Origin: Eledone cirrhosa
Lineage: Eukaryota
Direction: 5' to 3'
NCBI GenBank assembly: GCA_964016885.1
Contig: OZ024741.1
Location: forward strand, 159,836,001-159,900,000
Length of the DNA: 64,000 bases
Made by a program: the position numbers and the translations under genes. Under the pieces are notes generated by a model, which did not search any database, was not told the DNA's origin, and worked only from the letters and a program-made list of their open reading frames with translations. Shown piece by piece: positions 52,251 through 64,000 of the stretch; the first letter of the stretch is position 1, and each line of letters starts with the position of its first letter.

Positions 52251-55200
52251 AATTAACCTATCCAAAGTAAGAGACATACCAATACATATATATTTATGTA
52301 AAATTCCTAAAATTCCTAAAATTCAAAAAATTGCTATAATTCAAAAAATTCTTAAAATTGCTAAAATTGCTAGAATTCCTAAAATTCTTAAAGTTCCTAA
52401 AATTTCTAAAATTCCTAAAATTCCAAAAATCACAAACATCCCAATTAACCTATCCAACGCAAGAGACATACAGATAAATATATATTGATCTAAAATTCCT
52501 AAAATTCCTAAAATTCCCAAAATTGCTAAAATTCCTAAAATTCCTAAAATTCATAAAATTCCAAAAATTCCAAAAATTCATAAAATTCATAAAATTCATA
52601 AAATTTCTAAAATACATAAAATTCCAAAAATTCATAAAATCCCAATTGACCTATACAGATACATATATATTTATGTAAAATTCCTAAAATTCCTAAAATT
52701 ATTAAAATTCCACAAATTCCTAAAATTCATAAAACTCCAAAAATTCCAAAAATCACAAACATCCCAATTAACCTATCAAACGCAAGAAACATACAGATAA
52801 ATATATATTGATGTAAAATTCCTAAAATTCCTAAAATTCCACAAATTCATAAAATTCATAAAATTCATAAAATTTCAAAAATTCCTAAAATTCATAAAAT
52901 TCATAAAATTTATAAAATATTTAAAATTCCCCAAATTCCCCACCTCTCAATTGACCTCCTATCAAACGCAAGAGACATACAGATACATATACATTTATGT
53001 AAAATTCCTAAAATTCCTAAAATTCCTAACATTCCTAAGATTCTTAAAATTCCACAAGTTCCTAAAATTCATAAAATTCAAAAAATTCCTAAAATTCCTA
53101 AAATTCATAGAATTTCTAAAATACATAAAATTCCCAAAATCCCCAAAATTCTAATTAACCTATCCAACTCAAGAGACATACAGATACATATATATTGGTG
53201 TAAAATTCCGAAAATTTCTAAAATTCCTAAAATTACCAAAATTGCTAAAATTGCTGATATTGCTAAAATTCATAAAATTAAAAAATCCAAAAGATCCCAA
53301 TTTACCTCCTATCCAACCCAAGATACATACATATATATATATATTGATGTACAGTGGAGTGACATCTATTATAGATACTATCAAAATCAAAACTAAAATT
53401 CCAAAAATTCATAAAATTGCCAAAATCCAAAAAGTCACAATTGACCTATCCAACGCAAAAGATCTAAGATACATATATATATATTGATGTAAAATTCCTA
53501 AAATTCCTCAAATTCCTCAAATTACTAAAATTCCAAAAGTCGGTAAAATCCCAATTGACCTCCTATCCAACGCAAGAGACATACAGATACATATATATTT
53601 ATGTAAAATTCCTAAAATTCCTAAAGTTCATAAAATTCCACAAATTCATAAAATTGCTAAAATTCCAAAAATTCCTAAACTTCCTAAACTTCCTAAAATT
53701 TCTAAAATTCATAAAATTCAAAAAATCACAAAAATCCCAATTAACCTATCCAACGCAAGAGACATACAGATACATATATTGATCTAAAATTCCTAAAATT
53801 CCTAAAATTCCACAAATTCATAAAATTCATAAAATTCATAAAATTTCAAAAATTCCTAAAATTCATAAAATTCATAAAATTTATAAAATATTTAAAATTC
53901 CCCAAATCCCCCACCTCTCAATTGACCTCCTATCCAACGCAAGAGACATACAAATACATATACATTTATGTAAAATTCCTAAAATTCCTAAAATTCCTAA
54001 CATTCCTAAGATTCTTAAAATTCCACAAGTTCCTAAAATTCATAAAATTCAAAAAATTCCTAAAATTCCTAAAATTCATAGAATTTCTAAAATACATAAA
54101 ATTCCCAAAATCCCCAAAATTCTAATTAACCTATCCAACTCAAGAGACATACAGATACATATATATTGGTGTAAAATTCCGAAAATTCCTAAAATTCCTA
54201 AAATTACCAAAATTGCTAAAATTGCTGATATTGCTAAAATTCATAAAATTAAAAAATCCAAAAGATCCCAATTTACCTCCTATCCAACCCAAGATACATA
54301 CGTATATATATATATTGATGTACAGTGGAGTGACATGTATTATAGATACTATCAAAATCAAAACTAAAATTCCTAAAATTCCTAAAATTCCAAAAATTCA
54401 TAAATTTGCCAAAATCCAAAAAATCACAATTGACCTATCCAACGCAAAAGATCTAAGATACATATATATATATTGATGTAAAATTCCTAAAATTCCTCAA
54501 ATTCCTCAAATTACTAAAATCCCAATTGACCTCCTATCCAACGCAAGAGACATACAGATACATATATATTTATGTAAAATTCCTAAAATTCCTAAAATTC
54601 ATAAAATTCCACAAATTCATAAAATTGCTAAAATTCCAAAAATTCCTAAACTTCCTAAACTTCCTAAAATTTCTAAAATTCATAAAATTCAAAAAATCAC
54701 AAAAATCCCAATTAACCTATCCAACGCAAGAGACATACAGATACATATATATTGATGTAAAATTACTAAAATACGTAAAAGTTCCTAAAATTCCCAAAAT
54801 TGCTAAAATTGCTAGAATTCCTAAAATTCCTAAAATTGAAAAAATCCCCAAAATCACAATTGACCTCTCCAACCCAAGATAGATACAGATACATATATAT
54901 ATATTGATGTACAGTGAAATGACATATATTATATATACTATCAAAATCAAAATTAAAATTCATAAAATTCATAAAATTCCTAAAATTCCCAAAATCCCTA
55001 AAATCCAAATTAACCTGTCCAACGCAAAAGATCTAAGATACGTATATATTGATGTAAAATTCCTAAAATTCCTAAAATTCCTTAAATTACCAAAATTGCT
55101 AAAATTGCTAAAATTCATAAAATTCATAAAATTCCAAAAATACAAAAAATTTCAATTGACCTATCCAACCCAAGATACATAATGATACATATATATATAT

Positions 55201-58200
55201 TGATGTACAGTGGAGTGACATATATTATATATACTATCAAAATCAAAACTAAAATTGCTAAAATACATAAAATTCACTAAATTCATAAAATTCCTAAAAT
55301 CACCAAAATCCCAATTGACCTATCCTACGAAAGAGCCATACAGATACATATATATATTGATGTACAGTGGAGTGACAAAATTAAAATCAAAATTCAAAAA
55401 TTCAAAAATTCCTAAAATCATAAAATTCCAAAAATTCAAAAAATTCAAAAAATTACAAAAATTCATAAAATTTATAAAATTCCTAATATTCCTAAAATTC
55501 AAATATTCCACAAAATACCAATTGACCTCCTATCCAACGCGAGAGATATACAGATACATATATATATTGATGTAAAATTTCTAAAATTCCCAAATTTCCT
55601 AAAATTCCTAAAATTCCCCAAATCCCCAAAATGCCAATTGGCCTCCTATCCAACCCAAGATACATACAGATACATATATATATTGATGTACAGTCGAGTG
55701 ACATGTTACATATACTACCAAAATCAAAATCAGAATTCCAAAATTCCAAACTTCAAAAATTTCTAAAATTCATAAAATCCTCAAAATCCCAATTGAGCTC
55801 CTATCATTCGCAAGAGACATACAGATACATATATATATGTAAATTTCCTAAAATTCCTAAAATTCCAAAATTACGATATTCCTAAAATTCCTAAAATTTC
55901 CAAAATTCCTAAAATTCCTCAAATTCATAAAATTCCGAAAATTCCAAAAATCCAAAAATTCCCAATTGACCTATCCAACGCAAGGGACATACAGATAATA
56001 TATATTTATGTAAAATTCCTAAAATTCCTAAAATTCCTAAAATTCCTAAAATTCCTAAAATTCCTAAAATTCAACAAATCCCAAAAATTGCTAAAATTAC
56101 AAAAATTCATAAAATTCCTAAAATTACTAAAATTTCTAAAATTCCTAAAATTACTAAAATTCGTAAAATTCCTGAAATTCCTAGAATTTCTAAAATTCCT
56201 AAAATTCCTAAAAATCCTAAAATTCCTAAATTCCTAAAATTCCTAACATTCCTAAAATTCCTAGAATTCCTAAAATTCCTAAAATTCCTAAAATTCCTAA
56301 AATTTCTAAAATTCCTAAATTTCCTAAAATTCCTAAAATTCCTAAAATTCATAAAATTCCTAGAATTCCTAAAATTCCTAAAATAAAAAAAATTCCTAAA
56401 ATTCCTAAAATTCATAAAATTCATAAAATTCCTAAAATTCCTAAAATTCCTAAAATTCCTAAAATTCCTAAAATTTCTAAAAGTCATATTCCTAAAATTC
56501 CTAAAATTCCTAGAATTCCTAAAATTCCTAAAATTCCTGAAATTCCTAGAATTTCGAAAATTCCTAAAATTCCTAAATTTCCTAAAATTCATAAAATTCA
56601 TAAAATTCAAAAGATTCCTAAAATTCCTAAAATTCCTGAAATTCCTAAAATTCATAAAATTCCTAAAATTCCTAAAATTCCTAAAATTCCTAAAATTTCT
56701 AAAATTCATAAAATTCCTAAAATTCATTACATTCCTAGAATTCCTAAAATTCCTAAAATAACAAAAATTCCTAAAATTCCTAAAATTCCTAAAATTCATA
56801 AAATTCATAAAATTCCTAAAATTCCTAAAATTCCTAAAATTCCTAAAATTCATAAAATTCATAAAATTCCTAAAATTCCTAAAATTCCTAAAATTTCTAA
56901 AAGTCATAATATTCCTAAAATTCCTAAAATTCCTAGAATTCCTAAAATTCCTAAAATTCCTGAAATTCCTAGAATTTCGAAAATTCCTAAAATTCCTAAA
57001 TTTCCTAAAATTCATAAAATTCATAAAATTCAAAAGATTCCTAAAATTCCTAAAATTCCTGAAATTCCTAAAATTCCTAAAATTCCTAAAATTCCTAAAA
57101 TTCCTAAAATTCCTAAAATTTCTAAAATTCATAAAATTCATAAAATTCATAAAATTCCTAGAATTCCTAAAATTCCTAAAATAACAAAAATTCATAAAAT
57201 TCATAAAATTCATAAAATTCATAAAATTCCTAAAATTCCTAAAATTCCTAGAATTCCTAAAATTCCTAAAATTCCTGAAATTCCTAGAATTTCGAAAATT
57301 CCTAAAATTCCTAAATTTCCTAAAATTCATAAAATTCATAAAATTCAAAAGATTCCTAAAATTCCTAAAATTCCTCAAATTAATAAAATTCCTAAAATTC
57401 CTAAATTTCCTAAAATTCATAAAATACCTAAAATTTCTAAAATTCCTAAAATTCCTAAAATTCAAAAAATTCCTAAAATTCCTAAAGTTCATAAAATTCC
57501 TAAAATTCCTAAAATACCTAAAATTTCTAAAATTCCTAAAATTCAAAAAATTCCTAAAATTCCTAAAGTTCATAAAATTCCTAAAATTCCTAAAATTCCT
57601 AAAATTCCTAACATTTCGAAAATCCCTTAAATTTCTAAAATTCATAAAATTCATAAAATTCCTAAAGTTCATAAAATTCCTAAAATTCCTAAAATACCTA
57701 AAATTTCTAAAATTCCTATAATTCAAAAAATTCCTAAAATTCCTAACATTTCGAAAATCCCTTAAATTTCTAAAATTCATAAAATTCATAAAATTCATAA
57801 AATTCATAAAATTCCTAAAATTCCTAAAATTCCTAAAATTTCTAAATGTCATAATATTCCTAAAATTCCTAAAATTCCTAGAATTCCTAAAATTCCTAAA
57901 ATTCCTGAAATTCCTAGAATTTCGAAAATTCCTAAAATTCCTAAATTTCCTAAAATTCATAAAATTCATAAAATTCCTAAAATTCCTAAAATTCCTAAAA
58001 TTCCTAAAATTTCTAAAATTCATAAAATTCATAAAATTCATAAAATTCCTAGAATTCCTAAAATTCCTAAAATAACAAAAATTCATAAAATTCATAAAAT
58101 TCATAAAATTCATAAAATTCCTAAAATTCCTAAAATTCCTAGAATTCCTAAAATTCCTAAAATTCCTGAAATTCCTAGAATTTCGAAAATTCCTAAAATT

Positions 58201-61200
58201 CCTAAATTTCCTAAAATTCATAAAGTTCATAAAATTCAAAAGATTCCTAAAATTCCTAAAATTCCTCAAATTAATAAAATTCCTAAAATTCCTAAAATTC
58301 CTAAAATTTCTAAAATTCATAACATTCCTAAAATTCCTAAAATTCCTAAAATTAATGAAATTCATAGAATTTCGAAAATTCCTAAAATTCCTAAAATTCC
58401 TAAAATTCCTAAAATTCCTAAAATTCCTAACATTTCGAAAATCCCTTAAATTTCTAAAATTCATAAAATTCATAAAATTCATAAAATTCATAAAATTCAT
58501 AAAATTCATAAAATTTCTAAAATTCCTAAAATTCCTAAAATTCATAAAATTCATAGAATTCCTAAAATTCCTAAAATTCCTGAAATTCCTAGAATTTCGA
58601 AAATTCCTAAAATTCGTAAATTTCCTAAAATTCATAAAATTCATAAAATTCAAAAGATTCCTAAAATTCCTAAAATTCCTGAAATTCCTAAAATTCATAA
58701 AATTCCTAAAATTCCTAAAATTCCTAAAATTCCTAAAATTCCTAAAATTCCTAAAATTCCTAAAATTCCTAAAATTTCTAAAATTCATAAAATTCATAAA
58801 ATTCATAAAATTCCTAGAATTCCTAAAATTCCTAAAATAACAAAAATTCATAAAATTCCTAAAATTCCTAGAATTCCTAAAATTCCTAAAATTCCTGAAA
58901 TTCCTAGAATTTCGAAAATTCCTAAAATTCCTAAATTTCCTAAAATTCATAAAATTCATAAAATTCAAAAGATTCCTAAAATTCCTAAAATTCCTCAAAT
59001 TAATAAAATTCCTAAAATTCCTAAAATTCCTAAAATTTCTAAAATTCATAACATTCCTAAAATTCCTAAAATTCCTAAAATTAATGAAATTCATAGAATT
59101 TCGAAAATTCCTAAAATTCCTAAAATTCCTAAAATTCCTAAAATTCCTAAATTTCCTAAAATTCATAAAATACCTAAAATTTCTAAAATTCCTAAAATTC
59201 CTAAAATTCAAAAAATTCCTAAAATTCCTAAAGTTCATAAAATTCCTAAAATTCCTAAAATACCTAAAATTTCTAAAATTCCTAAAATTCAAAAAATTCC
59301 TAAAATTCCTAAAGTTCATAAAATTCCTAAAATTCCTAAAATTCCTAAAATTCCTAAAATTCCTAACATTTCGAAAATCCCTTAAATTTCTAAAATTCAT
59401 AAAATTCATAAAATTCATAAAATTCATAAAATTCATAAAATTTATAAAATTCATAAAATTTCTAAAATTCCTAAAATTCCTAAAATTCATAAAATTCATA
59501 GAATTCCTAAAATTCCTAAAATACCTAAACTTTCCCAAATCCCCAAAAAACAAATTAACCGATCCAATGCAAGAGACATAGATAAATATATATTGATGTA
59601 AAATTCCTAAAATTCCTAAAATTCCTCAAATTATCAAAATTGATGAAATTGCTAAAATTGAAATAATTCATGAAATTAAAAAAATCAAAAAAATTCCAAT
59701 TGACCTTCTATCCAACCCAAGATACATACAGATACATATATATATTGATGTACAGTCGAGTGACATATGTTACATATACTATCAAAATCAAAATCAGAAT
59801 TCCAAAATTCCAAACTTCCAAAATATCAAAATTACGAAATTCCTAAAATTCCTAAAAATTCCAAAATTCCAAATATTCCCAAAATTCACAAAATTCCTAA
59901 AATTCGTCAAATTCATAAAATTCCGAAAATTCCAAAAATCCAAAAAATCCCAATTGACCTCCTATTCAACGCAAGAGACATACAGATAATATATATTTAT
60001 GTAAAATTCCTAAAATACCGAAAATTCCAAAAATTCCTAAAATTGCTAAAATTCCTAAAATACACAAATTCCTAAAATTGCTAAAATAAGAAAAATTCCT
60101 AAAATTCCTAAAGTTCCTAAAATTTCTAAAATTCAGAAAATTCAGAAAATTCCTAAAATTGCTAAAATTGCTAAATTCCTAAAATTCCACAAATTCCTAA
60201 AATTGCTAAAATTCAAAAAATTCATAAAATTCATAAAGTTCCTAATATTTCAAAAATTCATAAAATTCCGCAAATCCCCAAAATCCCAATTAACCCATCC
60301 AACACAAGAGACATAGAGATATATATATATTTATGTAAAATTACTAAAATTCATAAAATTCCTAAAATTCATAAATTCCTAAAATTCCTAAAATTCCTAA
60401 AATTCCTAAAATTCCAAAGATTGATAAAATTCCTACAGATCCTATAATTTCTAAAATTCATAAAATTCACAAAATCTCCAAAATCACAATTAACCTATCC
60501 AAAGCAAGAGACATACCAATACATATATATTTATGTAAAATTCCTAAAATTCCTAAAATTCAAAAATTGCTATAATTCAAAAAATTCCTAAAATTGCTTA
60601 AATTGCTAGAATTCCTAAAATTCTTAAAATTCACAAAATTCTAAAAATCCCAATTGACCTCCTATGCAACCCAAGATACATACAGATACATATATATATC
60701 GATGTACAGTGGAGTGACATATATTACATATACTATCAAAATCAAAACTAAAATTCCTAAAATTAAAAAAATTCCTAATATTGCCAATATCCCCAAAATC
60801 ACAATTGACCTCCTATCCAACGCAAGAGACATACAGATTCATATATATTTATGTAAAATTCCTAGAATTCCTAAAATTCCTAAAATTCCTGAAATTCCTA
60901 GAATTTCGAAAATTCCTAAAATTCCTAAATTTCCTAAAATTCATAAAATTCATAAAATTCAAAAGATTCCTAAAATTCCTAAAATTCCTCAAATTAATAA
61001 AATTCCTAAAATTCCTAAAATTCCTAAAATTTCTAAAATTCATAACATTCCTAAAATTCCTAAAATTCCTAAAATTAATGAAATTCATAGAATTTCGAAA
61101 ATTCCTAAAATTCCTAAAATTCCTAAAATTCCTAAAATTCCTAAATTTCCTAAAATTCATAAAATACCTAAAATTTCTAAAATTCCTAAAATTCCTAAAA

Positions 61201-64000
61201 TTCAAAAAATTCCTAAAATTCCTAAAGTTCATAAAATTCCTAAAATTCCTAAAATACCTAAAATTTCTAAAATTCCTAAAATTCAAAAAATTCCTAAAAT
61301 TCCTAAAGTTCATAAAATTCCTAAAATTCCTAAAATTCCTAAAATTCCTAACATTTCGAAAATCCCTTAAATTTCTAAAATTCATAAAATTCATAAAATT
61401 CCTAAAGTTCATAAAATTCCTAAAATTCCTAAAATACCTAAAATTTCTAAAATTCCTAAAATTCAAAAAATTCCTAAAATGCCTAAAGTTCATAAAATTC
61501 CTAAAATTCCTAAAATTCCTAAAATTCCTAACATTTCGAAAATCCCTTAAATTTCTAAAATTCATAAAATTCATAAAATTCATAAAATTCATAAAATTCC
61601 TAAAATTCCTAAAATTCCTAAAATTTCTAAATGTCATAATATTCCTGAAATTCCTAAAATTCCTAGAATTCCTAAAATTCCTAAAATTCCTGAAATTCCT
61701 AGAATTTCGAAAATTCCTAAAATTCGTAAATTTCCTAAAATTCATAAAATTCATAAAATTCAAAAGATTCCTAAAATTCCTAAAATTCCTGAAATTCCTA
61801 AAATTCCTAAAATTCCTAAAATTCCTAAAATTCCTAAAATTCCTAAAATTTCTAAAATTCATAAAATTCATAAAATTCATAAAATTCCTAGAATTCCTAA
61901 AATTCCTAAAATAACAAAAATTCATAAAATTCATAAAATTCATAAAATTCATAAAATTCCTAAAATTCCTAAAATTCCTAGAATTCCTAAAATTCCTAAA
62001 ATTCCTGAAATTCCTAGAATTTCGAAAATTCCTAAAATTCCTAAATTTCCTAAAATTCATAAAATTCATAAAATTCAAAAGATTCCTAAAATTCCTAAAA
62101 TTCCTCAAATTAATAAAATTCCTAAAATTCCTAAAATTCCTAAAATTTCTAAAATTCATAACATTCCTAAAATTCCTAAAATTCCTAAAATTAATGAAAT
62201 TCATAGAATTTCGAAAATTCCTAAAATTCCTAAAATTCCTAAAATTCCTAAAATTCCTAAATTTCCTAAAATTCATAAAATACCTAAAATTTCTAAAATT
62301 CCTAAAATTCCTAAAATTCAAAAAATTCCTAAAATTCCTAAAGTTCATAAAATTCCTAAAATTCCTAAAATACCTAAAATTTCTAAAATTCCTAAAATTC
62401 AAAAAATTCCTAAAATTCCTAAAGTTCATAAAATTCCTAAAATTCCTAAAATTCCTAAAATTCCTAAAATTCCTAACATTTCGAAAATCCCTTAAATTTC
62501 TAAAATTCATAAAATTCATAAAATTCATAAAATTCATAAAATTCATAAAATTCATAAAATTCATAAAATTTCTAAAATTCCTAAAATTCCTAAAATTCAT
62601 AAAATTCATAGAATTCCTAAAATTCCTAAAATACCTAAAATTTCCCAAATCCCCAAAAAACAAATTAACCGATCCAATGCAAGAGACATAGATAAATATA
62701 TATTGATGTAAAATTCCTAAAATTCCTAAAATTCCTCAAATTATCAAAATTGATGAAATTGCTAAAATTGAAATAATTCATGAAATTAAAAAAATCAAAA
62801 AAATTCCAATTGACCTTCTATCCAACCCAAGATACATACAGATACATATATATATTGATGTACAGTCGAGTGACATATGTTACATATACTATCAAAATCA
62901 AAATCAGAATTCCAAAATTCCAAACTTCCAAAATATCAAAATTACGAAATTCCTAAAATTCCTAAAAATTCCAAAATTCCAAATATTCCCAAAATTCACA
63001 AAATTCCTAAAATTCGTCAAATTCATAAAATTCCGAAAATTCCAAAAATCCAAAAAATCCCAATTGACCTCCTATTCAACGCAAGAGACATACAGATAAT
63101 ATATATTTATGTAAAATTCCTAAAATACCGAAAATTCCAAAAATTCCTAAAATTGCTAAAATTCCTAAAATACACAAATTCCTAAAATTGCTAAAATAAG
63201 AAAAATTCCTAAAATTCCTAAAGTTCCTAAAATTTCTAAAATTCAGAAAATTCAGAAAATTCCTAAAATTGCTAAAATTGCTAAATTCCTAAAATTCCAC
63301 AAATTCCTAAAATTGCTAAAATTCAAAAAATTCATAAAATTCATAAAGTTCCTAATATTTCAAAAATTCATAAAATTCCGCAAATCCCCAAAATCCCAAT
63401 TAACCCATCCAACACAAGAGACATAGAGATATATATATATTTATGTAAAATTACTAAAATTCATAAAATTCCTAAAATTCATAAATTCCTAAAATTCCTA
63501 AAATTCCTAAAATTCCTAAAATTCCAAAGATTGATAAAATTCCTACAGATCCTATAATTTCTAAAATTCATAAAATTCACAAAATCTCCAAAATCACAAT
63601 TAACCTATCCAAAGCAAGAGACATACCAATACATATATATTTATGTAAAATTCCTAAAATTCCTAAAATTCAAAAATTGCTATAATTCAAAAAATTCCTA
63701 AAATTGCTTAAATTGCTAGAATTCCTAAAATTCTTAAAATTCACAAAATTCTAAAAATCCCAATTGACCTCCTATGCAACCCAAGATACATACAGATACA
63801 TATATATATCGATGTACAGTGGAGTGACATATATTACATATACTATCAAAATCAAAACTAAAATTCCTAAAATTAAAAAAATTCCTAATATTGCCAATAT
63901 CCCCAAAATCACAATTGACCTCCTATCCAACGCAAGAGACATACAGATTCATATATATTTATGTAAAATTCCTAGAATTCCTAAAATTCCTAAAATTCCT
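52251..64000. repeat. 9-bp satellite (AAAATTCCT/AAAATTCAT)n punctuated by a conserved CAATTGACCT(CC)TATCCAACGCAAGAGACATACAGATACATATATAT cassette; runs off the window
   Basis: Period 9 with ~35-40 cassette copies. Cassette-free blocks lie at ~56020-59545 and ~60850-62655. Duplications of 971 and 3110 bp are present. Confidence 0.97.

Noticed and set aside
52251-56020. CRISPR-like repeat-spacer appearance
   Set aside because: Spacers are tandem 9-mers of variable length, there are no cas genes, and the context is eukaryotic.
56107-62663. 1148-aa and 604-aa (FRN/FMN)n ORFs and their (KFL)n/(KIP)n counterparts
   Set aside because: Artefacts of a 9-bp repeat lacking stops in most frames; non-ATG starts and no evidence of coding constraint.

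Overview
Eukaryotic, repeat-dominated, heterochromatin-like window with no supportable host gene. It is probably from a cephalopod/octopus, inferred from an octopus-type tRNA-SINE fragment and extreme microsatellite density. 1-20 kb: microsatellites, Penelope-like relics with fold-back inverted repeats and hammerhead-like motifs, and a tight cluster of three non-LTR retrotransposons from three clades. These are an almost intact R4/Dong-type RT+RLE element (- strand, in (TAA)n, one in-frame TGA), an RTE element (+, internally deleted endonuclease, C-terminal triple C2H2 finger) and a 5'-truncated Tx1/L1-type element (+, 18-bp TSD). 20.3-64 kb: three directly abutting satellite arrays. They are a 15-bp array (GTCACACCGGATATA), a ~27.6-kb 11-bp array (AGATTTAGCTT/AGATTTAGGTG, containing a 200-N gap) and a 9-bp array (AAAATTCCT/AAAATTCAT) punctuated by a conserved ~50-90-bp cassette. 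All three show higher-order duplications. Family assignments rest on motifs recognised by eye; no searches were run.
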